Assembly (NCBI GenBank): GCA_951406725.2
Contig: OX597815.1
Coordinates: forward strand, 115,568,001-115,632,000
DNA: 64,000 nt
Reading direction: 5' to 3'
Source: Octopus vulgaris
Lineage: Eukaryota
In this document: positions 14,412 through 28,900 of the stretch, in pieces
Position numbering within the stretch: position 1 is the first letter of the stretch
How the letters are laid out: each line of letters begins with the position of its first letter
Program-made: the position numbers and the translations under genes
Notes under the pieces: generated by a model
The model's database searches: none
The model's input: only the letters and a program-made list of their open reading frames with translations
What the model was told of the DNA's origin: nothing

Positions 14412-14944
14412 GTTATTATTATTTTATTTGTTAGCCTTCTGGAGTTGATGATTTAACAGTCACATACTGGGGTTAATTTCATTGGCCCATTCTCTTCCCT
14501 TGCCCAAAATTTGCAGCCTTGTGCCTATATTAGAAATATCTGTCTGTCTATTTATGTGCCTATCTATGTAAGGAGTCATTAGTAGTTGAACATAAAGCAG
14601 TGCATTGATAAAATTACCTGAGTGCCAAAGAAAATACCTTTTGGTATTTGTTCTAACTCTTCTTTTTTTTTTTGCATTTCATCCTTCCAGTCAAGAAAAG
14701 TCCCTGTCAAGAAAAGTGGACCAATCTAATTGATTTTATTCTACCCCAAAGTTTGTGGCCTTGGGTTGTCAGAATCATTATCATGTCAGACAACATACTT
14801 GGCTGCATTTCATGTCTTTAAACTATCAGTTCAAGTTCCTGTGAGGTTGACTTTGCCTTTTGTTCTTTCAGAGTTGATAAAATAAATATAATCAAGTAAT
14901 CCACACCCCCAATAAAATTACAGGCCTCATCCCTATAGTGGAAA

Positions 14945-16370
14945 TTATTATTATTATCTTTGATTTGATTCAGGTTCAGTCTTATTCTTGGCAGGATTTA
15001 TGTGAGTAGTGGATTACTACCTGTAACCTTAGGTATCCACTAGCTTTCACTAGTCTTTCAAGTGCTTAGAACCCTCCTGATAATCTTTCCTGTTCCTAAG
15101 AGGTAAACTTTCTGTAGAAGCTCTACAGGACATTCTATTTCAATCTCCTTCAATCATTTGTCTATATTGTTGCTTATTTCCCAATGCACCAATTATTATT
15201 GGCACAATATACCAAATTCATATACCAAATTCTTGCAATTTCAAATTTTAAGGAATTTTTGTTTTGTCTTTTTTCCATCTTCTTTCTTTATGATTCTGGA
15301 ATCAAATGAACATGATGGATCAATTAATAAGCAGCTTCTCTTTTCCTTGTCTATTACTGTTATGTCTGGCTTATTATTTTCTAGCTTCTCATCTGTTTGA
15401 ATAGGAAAGTCCCACAAAATCTTAAAATTCTCTGACTCCAACACTCTTTCAGCTCAGTGTTCATACCATGTGCCTCCAGCTTCAAATCCCCATTTCTGGC
15501 AAAGCTTCCAGTGTAAAAATTTTATAATTTTCCTCCTGTGCCACTTTGGGACATTCTGCAACAATGTATGCTACTGTCTCATTCCAAGTTCAACAGACTG
15601 TACATTCTTCTGACACATTCTCTCCATATACATTTTTCCTCAAGTTGTTTGTTTTTATCATTTGATCCTGGGTTGCTACAATTAAGCTCTCTGTTTCTTT
15701 TTTTAATTGCCCTGGATTTTTTCCACATACGTCTTCAATGACTCTCCAAAATTGACCACACAAAGGTTTCTCTTCAATTTGTCTAATGTGCTCTCTTGAA
15801 TTTCATTCTTGTGTTCTTTCTCCTGTTCCAAACTTGATCACTTGTTCCTTATTCACTGTCTTTAATAGTTTCTCTGTGCTGTTTTGTAAATATTCTAGTA
15901 GGCTTTTTCTTTTTATTTGTAACACTCTTCATAGTAATTAAGCCTCTTCTACCCTGGTCTCTTTAAGTGTAGCCAGTTGATAGCTTTTGGATGGTGGGCA
16001 CCATACACTGTCAACAACTCTCTAGTTTTTCTGTTAAGTTTCTGTATGTCATTTTTGGCCTAGTCTATAATTCCAACTCCATATCTGATTAGGGGTACTG
16101 CTCTTGCATTTATTGCTTCAATAACATTTTTTGAATCCAACTTTGACTGCAATAATTTTCTCACTCTCCTTGTATATTCTCTACAGGTAATTTATTTCAT
16201 TTCTTTGTCTTTTATTTCATCTGCTTCCAATATCCCCAAATACTGTCCTTTCTCAACCACTTTCATTGTTTGCCCATTTGGCTTCCTTCAAATCTTCCTC
16301 ATTTCATGTTCAACATAGTGCACTTTTCAATCTCAAATTCCATAACTATATCATTTGAGGGAATGCAAAA
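14945..16370 (-). mobile_element. Degenerate R4/Dong-like RLE LINE, 5'-truncated
   Basis: Frameshifted ORF including KILWDFPIQTDEKLENNKPDITVIDKEKRSCLLID (RLE endonuclease); 3' end in (TAA)n. Confidence 0.8.
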
Positions 16371-16392
16371 AGTTCAGCAGCTATAAATGTTC

Positions 16393-16609
16393 TTAACTCT
16401 TTCTTTTCAATATTCCTAGAGAAATATACTGCCTTTGTTTCGAGTAATTTTGAAAATAATAAAGTATTAAGATAACTTATCAATTATTAAGCTGGTATTT
16501 GGAGTATAGATTAACATGAAACTTTAATGGAAGGTTTTAGTTTAGATCCCTTTGAAACAAGAAGTTTTTATCATAAAACTAGGAGTGGTTTCAGGTATAA
16601 AAAGGGATT
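16393..16609 (-). mobile_element. MITE (piggyBac-like family), inverted paralog of 42172-42402
   Basis: Sequence similarity by eye to the reverse complement of the 42172 copy; degenerate TTAACCCTTT-type ends. Confidence 0.5.
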
Positions 16610-17860
16610 ATACAACAGTCTTGAAGATTTATGGATCCTCATATTTAAACATTTTCCGGAATTTTCTCTTTAACTATCTCTATATTTATAGCTCATCTTT
16701 GATGTCTTTATGTCAGCAATTGTGAATCATCCCATTTGTAATAATTGCAAATGGAATGATGGCCAATACATTTCTTATAAGCTAAGTTAGAGTAATTTTC
16801 TTCATTTCTCAACTTGCTTTTGCATGACATTATATAGTCACTCAATTAGTAATTCTGTGTCAAGTATTACAATGCTATTTAGTTTTTGTCATGTAAAATT
16901 ATATCAGGTTGGTTGAAGTTAATGACGGTTAGCCTTTGCTAAAATTCCATAGAATTTTAGCATTGACTACTTTTAAGACAGGTAGAGGTTCAATTCGTTG
17001 TTGTTGCAATTATTATTATTATTATTGTTATTATTGTTTCCTTTCAGTTTCATATATATGTAGAAATATGTTGATATATAAAATCTCCATTAAACTATTT
17101 GGTCTAAATTTAAAATCAGCTTTTTGTCATTTCATGTGTCGGTGATGACAGGGATAATAGTAGTGGTGGTGGTGGTGATGATGGTGATGACAGTGATGTT
17201 AAAAAGACAAAACGAAATACTACTTTGTGTATTATTAGAATCAGTAATTTTTAAGTTGTACATGTACGGTGTACATATGTATGTACATGTATGAAGTATT
17301 TTCATACAGTTTATATTCAACTTCAGTAATGTCTTTCATATTTTAATGTAATATGCATATACAACCCACCTCATACAGATATTGTGCCTATGTGTTGAAC
17401 TACATATTATATTAAGCTGTCCATTAACATGGATTTTAATAATTTCGTATATGTATATGCACTTATATATGTGTATACGTACATATTCATTATATATAAT
17501 GATTTCTAAAATTAGGAAGTTAAACATTATAAAGTGAATTTGTTATGAAGGAATTAACTACTAACAATTTTCAACATAAAATATATTGGGCATTATAAGC
17601 ACTAACTTGAGAAAGAAAAGATAAACAGGTCCTTCAGTAATGTTTACAATGGCTATGTGTGTGTATATATAATATACATACATACATATATATATATGTG
17701 TGTGTGTGTGTAATTGTGTATATATATATATACATACATATATATATATATATATTATATTTTTATATATATATATATATATATATTATATTTATATATA
17801 TATATATTATATATATATATATCATATACATCTATATATATACATACATACATATATATA

Positions 17861-18426
17861 TTGGGTTGTCCGGAAAGTTCGTGCCAATTTTTAAAGGAAA
17901 GAAAAAGGTCAATAAATACTTGTCACTACATTTTTAATCAACCAAATATGAACCATTTTGTGGCACAATGTGTCTCCATCTTTCCTTTAACTTGAAAATA
18001 CCCTCTTCCCAGAATTGAGGTGGTTTCATGGCAAAGAATTCATCAAGATATCTCTTTACGTCATCCAAGGAACTGAAATTTTTACCATTAAGACTATTCT
18101 GCAGAGACCTGAATAAGTGGAAATCCAAAGGAGCAATATCTGGTGAATATGGAGAGTGGGGTAATACATCCCAGCCGAGCTGCAGCAATTTTTGTCTGGT
18201 TCCCAAAGCATCAAGTGCCAAAAAGGAACTTTCTTATCTTCCATTTTAAAGAGTAACAGAATTAACACAGGTTATAGGAACATATACCTTCTTCCACGAA
18301 AAGATAGCTTACACTGTGCTTTAAATGGAGGTGTAGTCAAATCCTATTTTATGAACTCAACCATGTTCTAAAATTAGTCGAAAGATAAGCTGCTATAAAC
18401 CGGCACAAACTTTCTGGACAACCCAA
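17861..18426 (-). mobile_element. Internally deleted mariner transposon (566 bp)
   Basis: TIRs TTGGGTTGTCCGGAAAGTTCGTGCC / GGCACAAACTTTCTGGACAACCCAA, TA flanks; transposase N-term MEDKKVPFWHLMLW joined to C-term with PHSPYSPDIAPLDFHLFRSL. Confidence 0.93.
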
Positions 18427-18441
18427 TACATACATATATAC

Positions 18442-18507
<66 letters not shown>

Positions 18508-18559
18508 ATATATACATACATGTATATATACATACATATATATATACATACATATATAT

Positions 18560-18605
<46 letters not shown>

Positions 18606-18610
18606 CATAC

Positions 18611-18886
18611 AATGCAAATAATTAGAAAATGGAGACACCCACAGATTAACAAACACATCGATTGGACCACATTTATAGCTTATTTTTTAATACAAAGCAT
18701 AACATAACAAAATAGGTGACATATCTAACAACCATTACTGATCAGTTACCAAAATGCAGTCTTTAAATAAATGTGAGAATAAAGTTCTTCATCTTCAGAG
18801 GGTATTCGAATTAAAATAAGATATAAATGTGGTCCAATTAATGTTTGTCAATCTGCGGTTTTCTCCATTTTCTAATTATTTGCATT
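18611..18886. repeat. Inverted repeat (~80-bp arms) of a Penelope-like fold-back element between (TA)n tracts
   Basis: aatgcaaataattagaaaatggaga... pairs with ...tctccattttctaattatttgcatt. Confidence 0.75.
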
Positions 18887-19049
18887 GGTTCCTGATAAAC
18901 TATTGTTTATACTGTTGTTATCTGTACTCTGCATGGATGGTGTACCTGCACACCAATGCCCGGGGATAATACAGATAACGGATACCAATAGTATATATGG
19001 ATATTTTATCCCTTAGTCAGTTACTCTAAACACTAACTCTGTTTACACA

Positions 19050-20552
<1,503 letters not shown>

Positions 20553-20944
20553 TGTATATCCAACATATTCAGGAATGAGATGTGAATATACATTTACCCT
20601 TATATCAAACTTACATGCTGCACATAGAATGGTGATTATTTTTATTCCTTCAACTGTAGATATCTTTATTTCTTTTCTTAGTGTTAATTGTAAGACATTG
20701 TAATGAAACTTTGATCAACTGAAAGCTCTCCAAAAAGATTTTGTTAAAAAATTTTTGCAAACTATCTTTCATGGGAAAAATGGAAAAAAAAGTTTTGATT
20801 ATCTTTCTACACTCTGAATTAAAGAAATATTTCATTTAAACTGAATAATGTATTCTATATATTATTCAAGAACTTTTTTTTTTTTTTGTTTTGCTGTATT
20901 TAGCCATTTTTTTTTGTTTTTGCATTTTTATTTTTATTTACAAG

Positions 20945-21079
20945 GCGATGAAGATAGAACTGAACATATGCACCACATGCAGTTACTCCCAAGCTTTTTT
21001 CCATCATGTATGTGTGTAGCAATTCTACCAATTCTTCATTTGATGGATGATTTTGATGTAAACAATGATGGAATGTCTG
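20945..21079 (+). CDS. unc80: unc-80 exon (window exon 1, phase 1-1): GDEDRTEHMHHMQLLPSFFPSCMCVAILPILHLMDDFDVNNDGMS
   Basis: T-rich tract + caAG acceptor, G|GTAAT donor; resembles the FPS..C.A.LPI.HLM.D segment of UNC80. Confidence 0.88.
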
Positions 21080-22446
21080 GTAATATTCTTCTCTTTATCA
21101 AACGTTTTCAATATCATCATGTTACCCTTAGAATTATATCCCAAATTAATTTATTATTGAAATTAAAAGTTAATCCAAAATTTCAGGCCTTTGGCCTATC
21201 ATAGAAAGAAAGAATTATTATTATTAAGACAACAAGCTTACAGAATATAATTATAGTTTTGTTCATTTGTCAGGACTTTCTTAGTTAAACTGCCTGGAGT
21301 TGATCCAAGCAGCTGTTAGTATGAATGGCAGGGAAATAGATCAGCAATACTTGAATCCCTAAGCTGTGGCAGTCATTAGAGGACTGAATGCAGTGGGGAA
21401 GTAGGTGAAGTTCTGAGTGAGATGTGAGGGAGTGTTACAATAAGGAGGAGATGGGACTTACATTAAGAAACTCCACTGACCTCAGTTTTTAGTTGGCTTA
21501 TGTTAAATAGACGTTTGTATCACTCTATAATTTGCTTTATTTTTTTCCATATTTTAACTGTTATTTTACTATTCAGTGGCTGATACAGCTCGGAATGTGA
21601 TCTGGAAATGTCTTGTTGATGACCCTGCCTTATTTCTCAGACATTTTTTGGAAAAACTTACCAACAAAGATCGGCAGGTAAATAATAAGCTTTTGGTGTT
21701 CATTAAAAAATTTTGTTATAATTTCTATTTTTTTCTCTTTCTGAATTTGGATTAATTTATTCTCAAGCCATATTGACTCATAAGAATATTATTTTTTGTT
21801 TACCAAGTTTTGATTGAACTTAGACTCATGGGCTATTGTGATGTTTTTCTAACTGATAAACCTGTACCCTTAGCATTTAAACCAGTCATATATAACCTAA
21901 ATATACACCTGTTTTATGTTCAAACCAGCCAGCCAGCTCTAGCCTCTCATGCTTGCCCTACGATATTATCCTAAAAATAAACAATCAAATCACCAAAATT
22001 TCAAAGCTATGAGATAAAGCATGATTAATTCAAAAGAATATGAATAATAAGAATTACATATGAGAGAATAATCTGAATGCTATAGGATTAATGTACGAAG
22101 GCAAAACTAGTTAGTAAGGAAGTTTTTTCAGCCAGAAAGTTTGATGCTTTATAGTTACATTACCATAAACCTCATCCAAGAGACCATTCAGCTGTGATTT
22201 GACATAGACTCACTCACCAATATGTTATAACTAGTCGGTTCTTTATGCCACTGCTACAGCCACTGAAATGGTCACTAGGTAGTCACTTGATAGAGTTGTT
22301 TGTTTCAGCTCTGTGTGTGCTGAGTTCAAATCCTACCTAGGACAGTTTTGCCTTTCATTTTTTTATTTCATAGTTGATAAATAAAGCACTGATCCAGTCC
22401 AGGACTAGAGTCAATTATTTGTCAGTTATTGCCTTCTTCCTATACA

Positions 22447-22514
<68 letters not shown>

Positions 22515-25500
22515 ATCAGATGAATGGGATAAGGAAAAGGCTTAGAGGAGTCAGTAACATTTATAACTCCAGATAAGTCTCTGCCCTGGTTTGGGAAGTG
22601 GTCAATTTGACATCAACAATGTTCCACTTTGTTTCAGGTTCATTCCTGTGTACTGGATTTTTGTATAAAATTACAGCTGCAGAGGCAATATGTGATTGAT
22701 CCTTACTCTTCTCATTTTTTTTACTCTCAATCCCTTTATAAGATTTGCCCCTGCTTGTAATCTCTTTCCATTTCCTATCCACTTGAAGGCTTTTGTTTGA
22801 ACCAAACTCCAATGACCTTAATAAAATCTTTGGTTCAGAAATCCAAAATGAAGACCACCATAGATTTATCCCCAACTGCAAACTCACCAACTCATCCTGG
22901 CTGCTATTAGTGACAACCATCTCAGTTTCTGTGGTGATCAACATCATGATAGTGATTTTGTTTGCATATACTGACACAACTTTTCTACATGTTATTCTAA
23001 ATAGAGTGTCTCTCAGTGGCTTCAACTTTAACAGCTGTGGCTCAAGCCAAAACATACAGGAGTGATGAGAGTGGATATCCTTGACAGACCAAGTATGTGA
23101 TTCAAAATGATTTCAATAAGTAATCATTTAGTCTGATCACTGAGCAGATACCACTTTAGAATGAAGTCACCCACACTCTGAATATGGGACCAAGACCAGC
23201 TGATCTGAGAACTACCACCAAAAACTGATTCAAATAGACTAGATCACCACCAAAGCCACATTTATTATCCACCTTTTCTATGTTGTATCACTTGAGATGG
23301 AGATGAGAGAGGATGTTGTATCACTTGAGCTCTGTTACACACCACATAAGTCTACACAATCCCAACTATGCAACCAATGACAAGCACCATCCTCTTCTAG
23401 AACACTTTCATGAAAATCATAAACTCTAACATCATGGGTCAGAAATTGTCAATTATAATACTGAAAATAAATAATAAACATATACTCGAATGACTAAAAT
23501 AGTATTGACTGGGACCAAATACTTTGCAATATTTTGTCACAACCCAATGGCCTTTTGCCAAAATTTGAAACCAATATTTAGTTACACCCCTAAACATTGT
23601 AAAATCTAATTCTGCTGTGGTTGAATTTACCTGTCATCTCTTACAAATGTGCAGGGAATGGACATATTAAATTGCAAAAAAACAAGATTGCAAAAATCAA
23701 TTAAATACTAGTCTTGCTACATTACATATATTATTTGGTCACAGCCATCCACATTCTGAATTTTCAAATCTGTTAGTAACAACTTAACGTTTCAATCCTC
23801 AGGGTTTCATAAAATAACAATAATCATCATCATCATTGTTTAACATCCAGTCTCCATGCTGGCATGAGTTGGATGGTTTGACATGGAGCTCGCTATCAGT
23901 GAGCTGTCTGAACTCCAATTGTCTGTTGTGACATAGTTTCTATGACTGAACACCCTTCCTAACATCAACCACATAACAGAGTATGCTGGATGTTTTTACA
24001 TGTCACTGTCATGGGTGCATTTATGCAGCACCAGCATGGGTACGTTTACATGGCACCAGCATGGGCGCTTTTCAAATGGCACCAAGGTCCTATTCAAGAA
24101 GTTATATCTCCTTCCTATACATGTCATAAATTAACATTTTGCCTTAATCATGAAGAAATTACTTTTCACATTTTGAATTAGAATTTGATGATTACATGGT
24201 TTTTCTTTTTCATTTTACAGGAGGAACTAATATTCTTACTAAGAAAACTGCTTCTTTATTTTCGTGACTTACCAGCACAGATGGCACATTCATTATTCAA
24301 TTATTTGGTATGATCTGGAATTTTAATGTTTGAAGATTTTCTTTCTGAAAAGAGTTTATTTTGAATTTTCATACATTGTATTTACTTGTCTGTTAAGTTG
24401 TTATTGTGAGAGTTGTTATGAGAGAGAGTAAGAGAGAGATGGTGGCATTGTGCCAGGGCACTCTCAAAGTACAAGGATAAGAATATAAATGGGATGGTTG
24501 AGTGTTACCAAGGGTGCATGAACTTAGGGAATAGGGAGTTCACATGAATGCAATAAAGTAGGGGATGCAGTGACTGGTGAAACCTGGGTATATGGAAATG
24601 AGGACAACAGTGGGCAGGGCAATGAGGACAGGATTGAGCTGCAGGAATGGAGGAAGGAGAAATAAACATAGTGCATGGAAAAGAGGAAATTATGAGGAAG
24701 AGAAGAGATGTAGTTTGATCTATTGGTGTACTGTGTGTCAAAAATTTTATTGTTATATGTGGGTGGAATACACAGCAATTCCAGAACTCAGTTTTGCTGA
24801 AGTGGGCGAGTTTTCTTTAGAACATCATATTGCCAGACATCTTGATCCATTGTCATCTCCACTGTGAGGTCCAGCATCCTGTGATTGGTCCTCACTACCT
24901 CATCCCATGTCTTCTTGAGTTTCTCTCTTCCACAAGTGCCATCCACTTTAAGTGATCAGCACTTCCTTTCTGTTTGGCATGCTGCATTTGATTCTTCTTA
25001 CACCAACTTTTCTCTCATATATATGATTGTATATGTGTGTGTGTGTGTGTGTATATATGTTTGTATATAAGTTTATATATATTTATATTTAATGACAATA
25101 TCTGAGAATGTCTCAAGATGTCTTCTGTATTCAAATGAAATATTTTAAATCTGTTAATTTAAAAAGAAAAATCTGTCATCCATAAAATTTTGCAAAATAT
25201 TTTGAAAATTTTTTTCTTTAATTACTAATGCTCATTTTAATGGTGGATTTTCACTTTTTTTGTAGATTGGTTATGTTATATTCTATGTGCGAACACCATC
25301 TGAAGGTGGAAAGGAATGTATTGCTGGTGCTCTTTCTCTTCTATGGCAGGTTTGTAAATCATTTTAGACAGCTTAATTCTTGCAGTATATTTTAAGAGTT
25401 TTCATATTTAAAATTTTCTCAAAGTCATAACTGTGGGGTGTGACCAAGCATGCCATTCATTCTGGGGTGTATGGTCTATTGACCCCTCCCCTCCACATTC

Positions 25501-25905
25501 TGCTGCTTAATCATCCCCTCCCTTCTTTTTCCTTTTCTGTTTCTTTGTTTCCTTGCAGTTAAATTGTTACTTTGTCTCTTCATATCCTCCGTTCTCTTTC
25601 TCTTCTTTTATTTTTTCTTCATTCCTTCCTTCTTCCCCCACCCACCCTGCTCTCTCTCTCTCTCTCCATCTCTCTCTCTCTCTCTTTGTGCCTTTTAACA
25701 ATTTCAAATGTAAATTTGTTTAGTGGATTCTAAAAACTAATTTCACTTTATGGTGCTTCTATTTTATGCTTAGATTATACCAAGTGTCGAAGAGATATAT
25801 TTCAAAGATTTAAAGCAGACATTACGTAAAGAACAGTGTGATGTAAGTTGTTATTTTTTTAGATGTTACATTCACATACATAATATATATTGTGTGTATA
25901 TATAT

Positions 25906-25952
<47 letters not shown>

Positions 25953-28900
25953 GTACATAAATTACTTACATGTCTTCCATAATCTTTTAAAATTTTGATG
26001 GCATTCCTGTATTGTTACATCAAAAATTTGTATTTAACAAAGATTTTCTTTCACCTGATAATGTAGCTCAAATTCTGCATTATTCTGAATGAAATTTTTC
26101 AGATTGATGCAGACATGTAAGTAATTTGTTTATTATCAAATATGATAATATAAATTATTTGCATGTTTTTGAGTTACGAAACAATTTGTTGTGGTATTAG
26201 GATTTTTCTTACTGTTAAATAAAAGTTCATCAAAGTATTTCTCTGTCATTTATGTCTTTATACACTCCTTACCCTTTTCTCTTGTGTATTACTATATATT
26301 CTATAAGACTTGTACAATGATACATTAAGGAACTTTTATGAGTACTACTGGATTACTTGAATTCATATATTATGACTTATGCACCCACAAACACATATAT
26401 AAACAATGTTTCTAGCTACAAACCCACCCACCCCCACACAGGGAATATAGATATGTTTCCTGCTCTTTTCCACCATCATCCCTACTTACCTTCAATAAAC
26501 AGAGTTAATTATTATTGGACTTGGGTTGCTATCCATCTTACTGGACAATGTTACCAGACCAGTTCAGCACCTTGGACTTGTTTGTCAACAAGTGTGATAC
26601 CACAGTGAACCAGTTTAACTTCCACAAGTGTTCTCAACACCCCAACATCACCCTGGCCAAAGTCTCAGTCCAATACATTCTTTGATGCTGGGATGACTTT
26701 GTTATAAAATTGACTGACAAAGTCAGAGTTGTGATAGTTTATAATGACCTCTCCAAGATGCTGGCACTCTGACAACACCACCTCTTTATTACTCCTATGC
26801 TTCTGTCTGACACCCACCTACTAATAGCATGTGTCCTTCATCCTCAATCTTGTTTCTTCCTAACTCCTTCCACCATTACCAACTCATTTTCCAAACTCCC
26901 CACCCCTTTACCATTTATTTCCTCTCCTAATTTCATAAGCCTGCCAGTTCTAGCTACCCCATTGTGTCTTCTTGTAAATGCCTTATCGAATTGATATCCA
27001 AGTATCTCAACCTCATCCTTTCACTCTTAGTTGCTCCCTTCCCATGTCCTATGATGCCCACTGTACCCACCAATTCCTCTGGTCTTTCCCATTTCCTCTT
27101 TACATGGATATTAAGTTACTCAACACTGTCACTCCTTACAACAGTGGTCTACTGGGTCTCTAATACTTCCTCAACCATTGTGCCATCCTCCTACTCAGTA
27201 CACTTCTCCATCTAACTGAGTTAGTGTTCATCCTTAATTGCTTCTCTTTCATGGGTGACATCAATTAATAGGTATCTGGGGTTGCTATAAGAATGAGAAT
27301 GGATCCCAACTATATATGAGCAAAGTGCTTGACAATCTTTTAAATCAAGAAATTTCTGCATTAATCAACAATTATTTTAGTTAGTTATATTTTACAATGA
27401 TTATTTATTTATTACTCTTCAAATTATATTCATTTCTGATTTATAATTTACATTTATTTTCAGCCTTTCCTTTTAGTTTCATCTAATGTTCCAAGTGCTA
27501 AAAAGATAATTGTGCATGGCCCAGATTTAGCAAGCATACCCTCTCAGTTTCCTATACAAGAGGTAATAATGCTTTCCTTTTCTTCTTAAACGTTTTAAGT
27601 TAAATTTTGCATTTATTGACAAAATTTGAATGTAATTTTCACAGCTGTAATTTATATCTGTTCTCACTGGTTGCAAATTTGAATAGCATATATTATGGTA
27701 TCTTAAACTTATAGTCATTCTCAAAAGTAGTCAATTTTAATGGAAGTATAATTTGTTTAAATGGCTAAAACAGAAATTAATTGCAAACTTTAAGTATTAT
27801 TGGTATTCTTCTCTGTCTGATTGAAAATTGGAATTTAGTTGGAGCACAACACATCACAGTTCTTGGAATCCCTTTAAAAAAAAAGTAAGAAAAGAAAAAA
27901 ACACACACTTTCAAATTATAAGGAAACCAAAGATATTGGTTGCTTCTATGAAAGAGGATTTCAATCCCAAGTAAAAAAGACCTCAAAGATGTAGAAAAAA
28001 ACCCAGCTTTATTATCTTTAAAACACAACTGCCGACTCAGTTCAACAGTGTGCTGATCTTGACATCACTAACCTGGCAATTATAATTAACCAAAGCAAAG
28101 AGATTAATTTATTGTGTAACTTTTGCCATGTTACATAAAAAAGTTGTAGCATAATGTAGTATTTTATATTTTACTGTTATATATTTGTTTTATCACTGAC
28201 TTTTTGACTGCTTTTCAGTTCCAGGTCAATCCTGACTGAGTATACCTGCAATTAGGTGTTCCAGCAGTAGCTGTGAATATCTAGTATTAGATTGTCTAAT
28301 GTGGCCTCTCTTTTTTATAGACAGTAGAGTGTGGAGGTACTTGAAGGTACTTAGCAGCTATTTTTAGCACTTAAAATTCCCTAGAATCACATACTAATAA
28401 AATGTGTACAATGTGCTTTGAGTGAATTTACTTGCTGTTTTTGGGAGTTCCAGAGATCTACAGAGACTCTTTCATTTGCTGATTATCATATCTTATGATA
28501 TTTCTGCTGCCCAAGTGGCATTCAGTTAAATTCTACATTTCAGTCCAGAGGAAAAAATATACCTCCTAGAATATATTTTTTGGTGTTTTATGAAATGAGT
28601 TTTTGAAATAAAAGTCTAAAAGTGTCATTCTTATCTTTCCATATCCTTCAATATCTACCATTTTTTTAATTCCAGGACACAAAATTTTCTCAGATTCTCA
28701 CTGATTCTCTGGATTTCTTCAACATCCCTGAAGACCAGCATAACTCTTACTTCATTGTGGACACAAAATCAAGTAAGATCCCCAAACATAAAAATTTTCA
28801 CTTCTGTTTATAATATTCTTTTCATCTCTAGGCACAAGGCCCAAAATTTTTGTGGGAGGCAGGGCTAGTTGATTAGATTGACCCCAGTATACAACTGGTA

